A DNA stretch of 64,000 bases from Neophaeotheca triangularis (Eukaryota): NCBI GenBank assembly GCA_054600435.1, contig BAAIJX010000003.1:62001-126000 (forward strand), in the 5' to 3' direction. How positions within the stretch are numbered: position 1 is the first letter of the stretch; every line of letters begins with the position of its first letter. The notes under the pieces were generated by a model that saw only the letters and a program-made list of their open reading frames with translations, did not search any database and was not told the DNA's origin. A program made the translations under genes and the position numbers. This document shows positions 9,560 to 22,281 of the stretch, piece by piece.

Positions 9560-12500
9560 AGCTTATATACTATGTCCTTTTCCTATAGTTTTCTTCTTTT
9601 TTCCTAGCTATATATTCTTAACATTCTTTTTCTTTAGGCTTTATGTTTTCTTTCTATGCTTCTTTTTCGCGCTACTATAGGTCTACTAGTGTTACTCGAA
9701 GTCTATAATTACTTCTTTCGCATTATTTAGATGCTTCTCTTTCTCCTAGGTTCTCTCTTCTATTAGCTAATCTCTCTAAAGAACATAGTATGTCTTATTA
9801 CTATTATTATCGAGACTAGATACTGTTATTTCATCGATAACCTATTTATCGCCTCTATCGACTTCTCGCTCTACTAGTAGTACGAAGTCAGTATATTAGT
9901 AGTATAGTTCGAGGAGGGAGATGTAGAAGATATTATAGATCTTTCCGAGGTATAGAGGTAGGGCTAATTAGTATACTTGTTTTCTAACCCTTATTATGAT
10001 TTAGAAGGGCCCTACATAATGTGAGGAGTACTTTTTTGTTAGTCTTAATGTTTTCAGGTTTTTCGCGGAAATAAGAACCTTATTATCGACACTAAATACT
10101 ATAGGATCATGTTTTCGGTTATAGTATTCTGCCTACTTACTAATAGTATACTAAATGTTGTCCTTAATAGCTTCGCGAATTGCTTTCTAGTTTTCAGTTC
10201 TTTCTTAGAGGTTAGGGATTGTCAGTTCGCTACCTCCCTCTCTAATAGCATTATCCATAATACTACTAGGCTGTTAGGGCTCTACTCTATAGATAGTAAA
10301 GAATAGCGACACTTTAGTTAATATACTTATACTATTATTATAGGCAAATTCGGCCTATACGAGGTAATAAGGCTAATCTGTCTATATAAAGTTAACAAAA
10401 TATCATAGATACTATTCTATTATCTAGTTTTGCCTCTCTATCTACCTATCGGACTAAGGGTAGTATGCTGTCGATAACTTACGCTTAGTTTTCTAATACC
10501 GAAAGAGCTCTATCTAAAATGTAGAAGTGAATATACTACCTCTATTAGTTATAATTGAATTTAGCTTACTAAACTTAGTAAGAATTTCATGCTCGAAAAT
10601 ATTAGCTAGTTAGTAGGTCCCTATTACTTCGCTAATAGGGATATACCTCGTGAACTTTAAGAAGCGGTTAACAATAATTAATATAGAATTAACTATTTTA
10701 CCCTTATATGTCTCTATAATAGACAACTTAACTACTATATCTATAGACTAATACTTAAAGATCTTATTAGCACTTAGAACCCTTAGCGATTATAATACGC
10801 TATAGGGCTAGTAATAGCGCGATTTATGTCTTTAGTAGGTATTATACCTAAGGACATACTCTTCGACATCCTTAGTCTACTTAGACCACTAAAACTCCTT
10901 ATAGAAGATAGCTTTAGTCTTCCCTACTCCTAGATATCTTACTAATAGGTCCTTATAGTAGTAGCTTAGTATAGCGGTCTATAGGCTTTCTACTAGTAGT
11001 ATATATACCTTTCTATTAATCTTAAGAAGTCCTATAAAACTAACTAACTATATAGGTATAGCGCTATTAGTATCTCTATAGTACTATCTCTTATCGATCT
11101 CTTTACGAATACATTTAGTAAAGGGATCTCCCTACTATATATGTAACATATCCGCTCTAAGGTTAATTCAGTCTACTACTATGTTAGGCTCTCTAATGTC
11201 TAGCTCGGTAATAGCGAGTATACCTAGCTACTTACCTATAGGGTCATAATAGGTTAGTACTACTATAGTGATAGAGCTAGTCAGGTTTAGTTTACCTCCC
11301 CCTTAGAGCTTTCGCTTAGTGTACATAGTATCATTACTCTAAAGCTTATTATTTAGAGGACTAGTGTCTCTAGTAGCTATTATGTAGCCTACTAGTAAGG
11401 CGGCTAATGTCTAGTAGTTTACTAGCGCTATATACCCTAGCGATATAGATAGGATCTCTACTCTATCTTCGGTAGCTATTATGTAGCTACTCGCTAGAAC
11501 TTTAGTAGCCTTATAGGGGCCTACTAGGGGAGCGAAAAGCCTAGTTAATATAGATAGTATTTCCGCCCTACTTAGTTCTCTATTAGCCTCTATATTAGGA
11601 TAGCGCGAGAGCCTATCTACTCTAGGGTTTAATTTACCTTTATAGTATGTGATCTCGATGTTATATTGCGATAGCTCTTCTATAGCGCGCGCTTAGTAGC
11701 CTAACAATTTCTTTATCGATAGGAAGTATTTCAGATTGTTATAATCTATAAGTACCTAAACTTTACTCTTAGCTAACAATATGTAATACTACTATTAGCA
11801 TATTACCTTAATAATGGTAAGTAGTTCCTAATCATATACTAGATATCGTAACTCTAGCCCTTTAAGCTTCTTAGAGTAGTATACGACCGGATACTATAGT
11901 ATGTCCGAGTGCTTCTATATAAGTATACCTCCTAATACATATCCTAATATATCGGTCTTAAGGTAGGTCTCTAGCATAGCATTAAAGTGCTGTAGTACTA
12001 GTACTGAAATGAAGCTATACTTTAACCTTTTAAAGGATTTTTAGGTATCTTTACCTAGTAGCTACCATTTACTACCGCTATACTATAGGTAGTCTATAAG
12101 GGGAGCGGTAATCTTTACATATCCCTTAATAAAGCGATAATAGAAATTCGCGAATCCTAGGAATACTTAGAGTTCTTTTAAGGACTTTAGTATTAGCTAA
12201 TCCTAAACTATAGCTACCTATAGGGGCTCTATCGCTACTCTAGTAGAGTTAATAATAAAACTAAGGAATCTAATCTCTTAGACTATAAACTCGCATTTCT
12301 TGAGACTAGTATATAGCTTAGCATTAGCGAGCTAACGGTAGACTACTCGAACATGTTCGCGGTATTCTACTTCAGTATAGGAATAGATAAGAACGTTATC
12401 TATATATACTACATAGTAGTAGTTAACTAGCTCTATAAGTATCTTATTAATAAAGGCCTAAAATGACGCTAGTATGTTAGCGAGTCTAAAAGGTATGACC

Positions 12501-14692
12501 TTATATTAGAAATAGCTATACTAATAGTAGAACGCTATCTTCTACTCATCGCCCCGGGCGATACGTAAACAGTAGTATACTTCGACTAAGTCGATTTTCG
12601 AAAACTATGTTGATCTATAGACTCTATCTAAGAGTTTACTAATAAGCGGTAAAGGATACTTGTTCTTAATAGTGATTTCGTTTAAGCCTTAGTAATCGAC
12701 ATATATATAGAGTTTACTGTTTTTCTTCTTAACAAATAGTAATAGTATACTAGTAGGGCTAGTACTAGGCTTAATACGGTCTATCGCGAGTAGGTTATTA
12801 ATCTATAACTACATTTCCTCGAGCTCGGGCTTAGAACATAGGTAGATTAGTCTACTAGGAGGATTCTTCCCCTCGACTAGTTCGACATAGTAGTTATGAA
12901 GTATATATAGAGGTAACTCTTTCGCCTTCTCCGATTTAAACACCTTAGTATACTCTACTAACTACTTAGGTACCTATAGCTCTACTAGGGTCCTATATAG
13001 ATCTTCTATACTAATAGCGAGGATAGATGCTCTACTATTAATATTTTAGGCTAGTTCTTTGGCCTCGATAATTTCGACTTCTTCTTTATTATACATACTA
13101 CTATAGCGCTACTATACTAGTAGCGACGCGAAATCGAGCTATGCTTTTATAGATTAGATCTAAGGCATTCTAAGAATCATTTCATGATCCTTCTAGTTCA
13201 CTACTTCGAACATTTATAGAATGGTCTGAACTATACTGTCTAAATTAGCGACTTTAGTATAGAGTCGACATCAGCCTACTATTAGGGCTTTAATATCGCT
13301 AAAGGCTTATAGCTTACGAATCTAGTCACCCTTTATTAGTAGGTTATACTAGACTACGATGTCTTCTAAGATGACATTATAATGCGCTCTTATATCGATA
13401 AGCCTATAGGCCTTAAAGCGTAATCTGTCGTGGGTTCGATCGTATATCTTTATAACAGCCTATAGGCGCTCTATTAACATACTACCTACTTATCGCCCTA
13501 AGCCTTTAAGGCTAATAATTGAATGACCTAGGGCTAAGCTTTTCCCTTTTAGCAATTTTCTTACTAGTAGCCTTTACTACTATACTTAAAACAAAGGTTT
13601 TCTTTAAGGGCTCTATTGTTTCGTTCGCTACTATTAGTCGAACCTATATAGTTCATACTAGTCGCTAGTGTCCTATTAGTACGCTAGTAGCGCAGTTTAG
13701 AGTTGTTATCGCTTATACTCTAGTTTTGTTCTCTTTTCTTATAGCTAGAACCTCTTAAGTCGGTCTTATGTAGCTTGTCTACTATCTCGCCTCTAGCGTC
13801 CTAGCTACTATAGCTAGTATCGTCGAGACGTATATAAAGCGCGATAAGGTTATACTAGTTATCTAGTACTATTAGCTAGACATTTAGCTTAGTCTTAAGG
13901 TTTTCCTATAGACTAGTCTTAATAAGGGTAAGGAGTATATACTCTAGTAGTAGGGTAATGTTAGCCTTATAGAGGGAGTCTTCGACATATAAGAGGTAGT
14001 CGTGAATAGATTAGGTCGCTCCCTAAATATGTCTAAAACCTCGGAATGCTATGTTTATAGTATGGTTTTTAGGATTGAGGATCTAATCTAGTAGCCATTC
14101 TTTAAACATAGGCTATTTCATCTCTTCACGTTCGAGTCATAACTCTTTACTCTCCTAGTTCTAGCTAATATAGCTATATAGGTAGCCTATAGTATACTAG
14201 ACACACTCGTACTAATAAAAGTAAATATAAGGGTATGTCTTAAATACACGCTCATATTACTAGATAAATATCTATACTTTTAGGAGGTTAGGGTAACTCC
14301 TATAAGCCGCTAGTTTGGCTAAGCGAAAAGCTTTCTCGATATCGATATGAGACTTTCGCTCCTTTATCGTTATACTAGTAAGTAGATCTTCGTCTACTAT
14401 CTACTTATATGCTACTAGGGTAGGGGTAATGTCTACTAGGTCCTCTAGTTCGATATGTCCTCTTTTAGACTCGTTATAGGGGACCGTCGCTCTATTAGTA
14501 GCTCGCTAAATAGACGCTATACGCTCTACTAATTGTTATTAGAGTTCCGTAATAATAGTAGTAAGGACCGTGTATTAGTCTATAGCTACCTCTTCTTGTT
14601 CTTATAGGGTGTTAACTCTAGTAATAGTGTTAGGGGAGTCCGCTAGGTTAGCGTTGTCGACCTATAGGTATAGCGAGCGCGATAGTACTATA
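9560..14692 (-). pseudogene. Gypsy gag-pol (RIP-degraded) with C-terminal chromodomain; ends approximate
   Basis: Gag knuckle LCFKYSSKGY**ENC (~13555-13600, =CxxCxxxxHxxxxC) followed by slippery GGGAAAA. RT YYVVYIDNVLIYS (~12385-12420). Integrase IIVNRFLKFTRYIP and KRKLSTAYYP*SDR*IER*N (~10430-10680). GPF motif ~10010. Chromodomain *VIDEI...YYVL*RD*LIEERT*EKEKHL (~9720-9845). Confidence 0.93.
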
Positions 14693-14740
14693 ATGTCTAA
14701 GCGAATCTTAACCTAAGAAGGTTCTAAGATCGAATAGAAT

Positions 14741-14963
14741 TATAAGACTAAGACTATAACTTAGTTAGGATTATGGCGTAGTAAGGGTAGAACGTAATAA
14801 TAGTAATAATAGTAATAGTCCTTTAATATAGAAACTATTTAATAGTAGACAGGAGACTTCACTATTAGCTATCTCATATACTTTCATAGTATATATACTT
14901 AGTACTCCCGAGCTACTCTATAGCTTAGGCTGCCGATATCCTACTAGCGCCGCGGTCGTGACA
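14741..14963 (-). repeat. Gypsy 5' LTR (223 bp)
   Basis: Pairs with 7184-7406; followed on the minus strand by the primer-site region and gag. Confidence 0.95.
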
Positions 14964-15126
14964 GTTTCTTAGTTAGTATAAAGGGAATACTACATAGTAT
15001 AGTGGGTTTCTCCTAGGATGGTTTTCTAGAGTTAGTATTTTCTTAGGGTAATTTTATAGAGTTTAGAAATAAAGGGAAAATGCTACATCCTATAAGGGTG
15101 TATTGCTCTCTAAGAGTAGGATGATC

Positions 15127-18100
15127 TTAAATCATCTAGTTAGGGGACTTTAGCTTAGTTAGACTATCTACTAGCTACTTAGTAGTATTAATGTATTTAA
15201 CACTAATAACCCCCTTCTCAAGCTACTCCTTATAGTAATAGTTTCTAAGGGATATGTGCTTTAACCGCTTTAAGTTAGTATAGTCTTCTATAAGTAGAAT
15301 AGCTAACTTATTATTAACATGAACTTTAATAGTTTTTAAGCTGAATTCTATTAAAGGCTAAAGTTTAAGGAAAAGATTCTATATCTAGTTAATTTCCCTT
15401 ATAGTCTCTATTAATATAACGTACTCTACCTTAGTACTTAATAGAACAACTTCCTTCTATCTCTAAGATCTCTAGACTATAGGTATACTATTTATAAAAA
15501 TAGCTAAGCTAGATATTAATCTAGATATAGCTAGATTACCTATAAAATCTAAGTCTAAGTAGGCCTTAATAGAAATCCCTTCCTATCTCTTATAGATAAG
15601 CCCTCTATCTATAGTGTCTATAACATATCTCTAGATATATGTTATAGCTATAACATGCTCCTTAGATAGGTTTTAAAGGAACTTTACTAAGTAGTTAACT
15701 ATATGAGACATGTCTAGCCTTATCTAGTTTACTAGGAATTATAGTTCCCTAATTATCTTATTAAAGATATGATAAACCTACTAAGTACATTACTTCTTAG
15801 AAGGTTTATATAGGTAGTTAAGTAGGTACTTAATTGTCCTTACTTAGTCTAGATTATGTCCTTTAAGTTTATTAAGGGTATAATACTTCTAGGATAGCTT
15901 AATAGTATTCCTACTCTCCTTAATATATAGGCTTAGGAAAAGGTTAGTGTCTATCTCCTTAATACTATACTTCTTCTTTATCCCTATAATGAGCTACTTA
16001 ATCTTCTTAAGTTTAGGGCTAAAGATCTAGAAGTTATCTACATGTATTAAAACTAGTACATTGTTACTAGTAAAAAGATATGTATTAGACTTTATCTACT
16101 TTAGTCCTATTAACTTAAGATAGGATATAGTATCTTAGAACTAGAGGTAAGCTATCTACTTAAGACTATATAAGCCCTTATTAATCTTTATAAGCTTACC
16201 CTTCTTATCTTTAAGAATGAGTTTAAGTCCTCCTAGTACCTAGATAAAGATCTGTCTATCTAGATCAGGATTTAAGAATGCTATCTCTATATTAATCTAG
16301 GTTCTACTTTATTTAAGCTAGAATGTAATAGCTAGGAGGATCCTTCCTATTCCTAGCCTTAGTGTTAGTATAAAGGTATTAACATAGTTAGTACCTTATT
16401 TCTATAAGAATCCCCTTATTATCTATCTAGCCTTATATTTATTAATAGAGCTATCTAGGAGAAGCTTTAGCTTAAATACCTACTTCCCTATAAGTGCTCT
16501 TCTACTAGGTAGTAGCTCTAATTACTTAATCTAAGTAATTGTACTAGTAGACTTAAGGCTTTTAATCTCCTTAATTATTATAGCCTTCTACTAGCTTATA
16601 TCCTTTCTACTAAATATATCGTGATAGTCCTTAGGATTATTAGTAGCCTAGGTTATAGCTCTTATATATAACTACCTATAATTCGACGATTTTATAGGCC
16701 TACCTACCCTTATATATATTAAGGGCTAAGGGGATAGTGATCTCTTCCTCTTACTAGTAGTTAGCTAAGGGAAGAATAGTGTTATTAAGGTATCTCCCTA
16801 ATCTTCCTCTATTAGGTTAATAGAGGGCTACTATTACTCTCTCTAGTCTATAGGGGAGACTTCTTAGTACTCTCCCTATTCTATAGAAGAGGCTTCTTAT
16901 TATTACTCTCCCTATTCTATAGGAGAGGCTTAATGTTATTACTCTCCCTTAGGAGAGACTTATTAGTAATCTCCCTTAGGAGAAGATTAGTACTCTCCCT
17001 ACTCTTTAGAGGAGACTTACTAGTATTAGTACTCTCCCTTAGGAGAGGCTTATTAATATTAGTACTCTCCCTTAGGAGAGGCTTATTATTATTACTACTC
17101 TCCCTTAGGAGAGGCTTATTGTTATTACTACTCCTATTATAGGCTATTAAAGTTCTCCTAAAGCCCTAGGATATAAAGGGCTAACTACTCTCCCTAAACT
17201 ATAGGAATCTAAATAGGCCTAAAGTAAGTATCCTTATTAAAGGTTATATATAGGCTTTAAACAATACTAAATAGGTCCTATCTAATTAGTAATATTAGGA
17301 GGTAGTTAGTAGTAGAGTTGTCTTAGAAGCCTATAAACTAGTAGATAGTAGCTCTTAGGGTAAACTTTTCTAATGTAATCCTATTCTAGTTATGTAGGAA
17401 TGCTTTATAGCTAAATCTCCTAAGGTTAGAGAGGTTAATGGTCTAGTCCTTAGATACCTCTAAATCCTCCTTAAGGTATTATAGGGGGATCTTCTTAATC
17501 CTAAGGTTATAGACTATATTAGTAATATAGATTATATAGTTTATAGCTAGGAGCTAGAGATCTCTAGGAATACTAAAGTTAATCATTATTACCCTAGCCT
17601 TAGCTAGGATGGTTTTATTAGATAACTCTATAATACTATTCTATTTAGGAGTCTTTAGACTTAAGATGTCCTATCTCATCCCTATCTACTATACTATAGT
17701 AATTAAATTATAGTTGATAAACTCCCTACTACTATTAGAGAACTATATCTTTAGTATCTTATTATAGGTATTTATAGTTCTTACTATAAAATTCCTAATG
17801 AGTAATAGTACCTCACTTTTATTTCCTATAAAGAGAGGCTACCTAAACCTGGTTTTAGAATCTATTAGGAAGATAATATACCTTAGACTAGTACTAGAGG
17901 TTAGTGTGATAGGGCTAACTATGTTAACATGTATCTTATCTAGAGCTTAACTAGTCCTTACTCTTAAGGTTCTTAAGACAATCCTTTAAGACTTTAAGAG
18001 TTTATAGACATTATAGTAGCCTAGAGCTATAGTGTTTACTACTTCAAGTCTAGTTATGTGTTATTTAGTAGCATTAAGAATATTACTACTAATGTGGCCT

Positions 18101-19575
18101 AGTCTTTAGTACTATCTAGTTATATCTATCCTTAGCGCTAATACTACTAGTACTACTAGTAATCTTAGTATAGCTATTACTATTAATAGTAGGCTTTATT
18201 ACTAAGGTAGTAGGAGGATTTTAACATTTTATATAACATCTACCTTATGAACTTACTTCACTATTCTAATAGTGCTTTTATTAGACCTTAGCTTATTAGT
18301 ATATCTATCTAGAGCAATCCTATACTTCTAGTATAGTGTGTCTACATAAATTAAGTTAGTAGAGGATCTTAAGGAGTATAGGACGTTCTTTAGGGTAATA
18401 CTAAAGATCTTGTTATTATGTTTAAGGGAAAGCTTAACTATCCCTAAATAGGTAATAGAGGCCTATCTAATAGTCTAGCTAAAGGTAATTAGCTTCCTAA
18501 GGGGCTTAATATCCTAAAAATGCTTAAGCTTATTAAAGAAAGAGAAGGATAATCTAGAGTTTAAGATAATAGTAATTTCTAGTACTATAGCTTATAGTAC
18601 TATAGGGAGAGATAGAGTAACACTTAACATACCTCCTAAAGATAAGGATAAGATTAACTTAGCGTTACTATTATCACTATTATTAATAGCTGTAGTAGCT
18701 TTTCTCCCCTTCTTCTTAGTAGACTTAGTATTCCTATTCTTCCTTATATCTTTCTTCTTTCTCCCCTCCTACTTATCCTTATTACTATCTTTACCTTTCT
18801 TATATTATTTAGGTACCTACTTTAGGTACTACTTAAAGCATTTAGTATTAGTGTGTTAGTAGTGATTATATTAGGTATAGATATTACCTTTTACTACCCC
18901 TATAAACCCCTATATCCTTCTCTATTACTAAGATAGGGGAGGTAGGGCCTTAGACCTAAGACTAGTAATTATATCCTCTAAGCATTTCCTACTCTAAAGG
19001 AGGTTATTATGTCTCTAAGTCCTAAGCTACTCTATATTAAGAGTACCCCCTTTAAAGAGAATCTTAATGTAGTTATCTAGGAGACTAATACTAGCTATAT
19101 TTGTCTAGTTCCTTAGAGTAACCTACTAGTCTATAGCTCTCTTAAAGGTCTAGTAAGCTACTATAAACTCTTAGTAATACTTTAGGGTATTTATTCCTTA
19201 TAGCTTAATGCTATAGAGGTTAGAGATAGCCTTATAGAGAGTAATTATAACATTAGGCCTATAGATAGATTTGATATACTTAAATAGCTTATAGGCTGTC
19301 TTATGTGATATATTATAGTTAGGTCTATATTCGTCTAATAGCCTTTCTATAATAATACTATATATAAGTATATCTTTCTTATAGAACTTAACTATAGTAT
19401 CCCTTATAGATAATACTAGTTAGACTACCTTTAGTAGCTATTTAAGGTCATGAAACATATAGTTAAGATAGTCCTTATTAAGTAGCTTACTCTTTAGGAT
19501 AGCCTCTTAGATACTAAAGATTATGTTCTTTTTAAGGATCTTATTGTCCTTAGCTCCCTTATTATTTGTGTCTAT
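15127..19575 (-). pseudogene. Copia gag-pol polyprotein (RIP-degraded); ends approximate
   Basis: Knuckle YT*YNHY*HTNTKC (~18840-18880). Pre-integrase *Y*RLGHIS (=WHQRLGH, ~18090-18115). Integrase LDKIHVNIVSP (~17915-17945). RT INIEIAFLN, GLYSLK*, LIHVDNF (~16030-16295). RNase H LSTKVEY, KRLKHI, *LVDSLTK (~15150-15445). Confidence 0.93.
16830..17135. repeat. Tandem repeat (~9 units of ~24-39 nt, core ACTCTCCCTTAGGAGAGGCTT) in the copia INT-RT linker
   Basis: Repeat visible directly. It reads NNNKPLLRES-like in the pol frame and produces the spurious ORF 16933..17142. Confidence 0.85.
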
Positions 19576-19650
19576 TTTGTTTAACTAGGGATAGTTATCC
19601 TAGGAATTGTTCGTAATTAGCTAGTTTTATGCTCGCTTATGTAGATTGAT

Positions 19651-19667
19651 GCGCTAGGCTCATAACC
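19651..19667 (-). other. Copia primer-binding site complementary to the anticodon arm of initiator tRNA-Met
   Basis: Minus strand GGTTATGAGCCTAGCGC directly follows the 5' LTR. Plus strand GCGCTAGGCTCATAACC resembles the tRNAiMet anticodon stem-loop with its CAT anticodon. Confidence 0.85.
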
Positions 19668-19819
19668 TGTTGTAATATGTAGCGGCACGAACTCGATTGA
19701 TTGATTACTAAGGACTAAACTAGGTGCTTTGCAGCAAAGCCTGTAAAGACAGGTTGCGGCTTCTGCAGCTTCTGCCTCAGGCATCCGTCACGTGCTGCGC
19801 AGTACGGCTCATTACAACA
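19668..19819 (-). repeat. Copia 5' LTR (152 bp)
   Basis: Pairs with 5514-5665; flanked by the ATTAG target-site duplication at 19820-19824. Confidence 0.96.
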
Positions 19820-20594
19820 ATTAGAAGGATCGTGAGAGATTTACTCCCGTAGGCCCTCCGACCCATGATCACCGAGGTCGTGCTTGATTCATAGCTCAGT
19901 GGTTACTAATTATAACTTATATGTAGCTGCACCGCCGCCTGCTCCATACGATGGATTTTGGCCGAATCTAACGACACGATTGAGAACAGGCGACCATTGG
20001 ATTATGGCATAGTCCAGCTCAATCTCAAACTGTCGAATGCCACAAACTAAACTCATCAGCTGTGCGCTAGTGTCTGCATTCCAAGACACGACAGCAAATT
20101 CTTACGAGTCTAGCTATCCTTCCTCACATATAATAGCTAGCAAAAGCAGATTCCATCACGACAGACCCGCAAACTTCAGACTCATCTGGTCGTGGCACCC
20201 CACGCCTGCTACCGAGTTCAGCAGCAGTAATCGCCTCAAAGCTAGAGAAATGCTGTGGATGATACGCCCATACCAATGATGAGGGACGTGGAGTTTAGAG
20301 CTGGGCAAGATAGACAGATACCATCGGTTCGAGGCCAGGATGAAGCTGTTGGATAGGGACATTCATCGCTCGCTCCAAGGGTACTATTATAAGCGAGAGT
20401 TTCCCGTCCCTATACCTGTCTCCTTTCATCCAATCGAACGAATGCTTCGCCGTATGCTCATGAGTCCAACCCGGAAACCAAGCACTCTCATCCCAAAATC
20501 CCCTTTTTCGAACCCACTGAACCAGCACTCACGTCCCTGCCCCCACCGAATCATCCCCCGCCATGGAAACCCAACTAGACAAACTGGAGGAATC

Positions 20595-21936
20595 CTACTC
20601 CCCCACGCCAGCACCAGCAGCCGCGCCTCCCTCTCCCGCCGCCGCAACAGAAACTCTAGCCTTCTTAGCACTCCCGCCCTCTTTTCCCCCATTACCACCA
20701 CTGTCAACCTCGCTCCCCCTCTTCCTCTTCCCCTTGCCACCACTGCCCCCACTCTTCCCCCCTTTAGCCCTATAAGTGCCATCAGGATCCTTCCCCTTCT
20801 TCTTACCCAAAAGGGGCGGTGGCGCAAAACCCACCTCCCCACCAGCATCACCACCCACACCTCCATCCTCCTCATCGACCACCCCCCCACCGGGGCTCAT
20901 ACCCTCTCTCGCCCTGGCGTGCTCTACAGCACGATCCCCAACCTGTTTAGCGAGATCGCTCTTATCCTTCTTCTGACGTTTCTTAGGCGGGGGCTTGGAA
21001 GCAGAAGTCGGAGTTTCGGAGTCGGCGGCCACGTCGTCGTGGGGATCGAGTGGGATGGTTGCGTGGGCGTTTTGATGCGGTTTGGCATGTGTGCGGAGCC
21101 AGTTGTGTTGGGAGTGGGGGTTGAGCATTTCGGCTTGACGGTCAAATTCGCGGGATGTGAGTTCGGTGGGGTTGGGAATATGGGTTGAGTGGGTGGGGGA
21201 GGGATGTGTAGTAGTGTTGGTTGTGGTCGTGAAGCTGTAGGGGTCGCCTAGGCGCGCGTCGAGCTGGGCTAGGTGATCGCGTTCTTGGTCTGGGGTTAGG
21301 AAACCAGGGAGAAGGTCGCCTGTGAGATCCGGAGGTAGGTCGGTGGGGTCTGTGGAGGGTATTGTGTGTGGGATGGTGGTTTCGAGGTGTTGTAGGGTAG
21401 GGACGTCTTGGGCTGCTAGGCGTTGATCGATGCTTTCGCGGATGATGTGAAGATCTAGAGGGGGGAGACGGCCTTGCTGAACTGCTGCGGTGTATTCGTC
21501 TAGCATGTCGTTGGCCTGTTCTGGTGTGATGTCGACGGGAACGCGATTGTTTGCGGAATGGCGGGGAAGGGAGATGTCGAAGCGGAGGTCTGGCGGGATG
21601 GAAGGGTTTTGGTTGAGTTCAAGGCAAATGTCAAGGATGCCACTGCAATTACGCATTAGTATGGCATACAAATGGTAGTGGTGAGGTTCATGCATACTCC
21701 AACTCTTGCCGCAACCTCTTCGCTGTAGCTTCCAGCTTCTGTTCCTCCCTAAACATGCGCCGGTTCTCCTCCAAGACGCCGTCGAAGTGGATGCGCATTT
21801 TGCGATACTTTTTGCGCCATGACTTGTAACGTGGTTTGTCGCCGCTACCTGTGATTGCTGCCAGACTGGCCAGTGACTTTCCGCCGTAGGGATTGTGATG
21901 ATGAGACGGGCCCGCAGTACCCTCGGAGTCGGACAT
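20595..21936 (-). CDS. IEC3: INO80 chromatin-remodelling complex subunit Iec3-like; intron 21697-21643
   Basis: N-terminal KPRYKSWRKKYRKMRIHFD...LEATAKRLRQEL, later NPHSQHNWLR and DPDGTYRAKGG. Intron GTATGC...CTAAT...GCAG joins ORF 21688..21936 to ORF 20595..22193. Confidence 0.88.
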
Positions 21937-22281
21937 GGTGGGGGATAGTCGGTCGCGGTAGTGAAGGCTATAAACCGATATTGTTCAATTGGTCGTGTTT
22001 GTTGGTGGTGTGGGATGAAGTGCGATGAGGTGAAGTCAAGCAGAGACGGACGAAAGAGGAAGGCAAGTCGCGCTGTCGCAGGCCGGGATATCTCTTGGCG
22101 AGTGTAGCTGGCCCAAGCTTTAACAGATGAGTATCCGATTGGTTGAGCCAAAACTTCCCGAGTCCAAGTTCGAGAGCTCTGGGAAATTTCCAAATCGCTT
22201 CACATGCTTCTTCTACTAAAGATACACGCATAACAGCAAACTCTTCACCCTCGGCTGGATACCTCAGGTTCACCAGCAACC

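Larger units (their letters stand above)
7184..14963 (-). mobile_element. Full-length Ty3/gypsy chromovirus LTR retrotransposon, RIP-inactivated, nested in the copia 3' region
   Basis: 223-bp direct LTRs at 7184-7406 and 14741-14963; target-site duplication GTTTC at 7179-7183 and 14964-14968. Minus-strand order gag(CCHC)-(PR)-RT-RH-INT-chromodomain. Confidence 0.96.
5514..19819 (-). mobile_element. Full-length Ty1/copia LTR retrotransposon, RIP-inactivated, interrupted by a nested gypsy element
   Basis: Direct 152-bp LTRs at 5514-5665 and 19668-19819 with TGTTGTAAT...ATTACAACA ends. 5-bp target-site duplication ATTAG at 5509-5513 and 19820-19824. Minus-strand domain order gag-(PR)-INT-RT-RNaseH. 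Confidence 0.96.

Noticed and set aside
16933..17142. Leu/Arg-rich 69-aa ORF, and the repeat as a possible CRISPR-like array
   Set aside because: Antisense translation of a tandem repeat inside copia pol; no unique spacers and a eukaryotic context.
19890..19905. TAGCTCAGTGGT resembling a tRNA D-arm/A-box near the copia LTR
   Set aside because: No downstream T-loop (GTTCRA) or acceptor-stem pairing, so not a tRNA gene.
20037..20560. Short ORFs downstream of Iec3
   Set aside because: No ATG-led coherent model or known motif; may be UTR or a relic.
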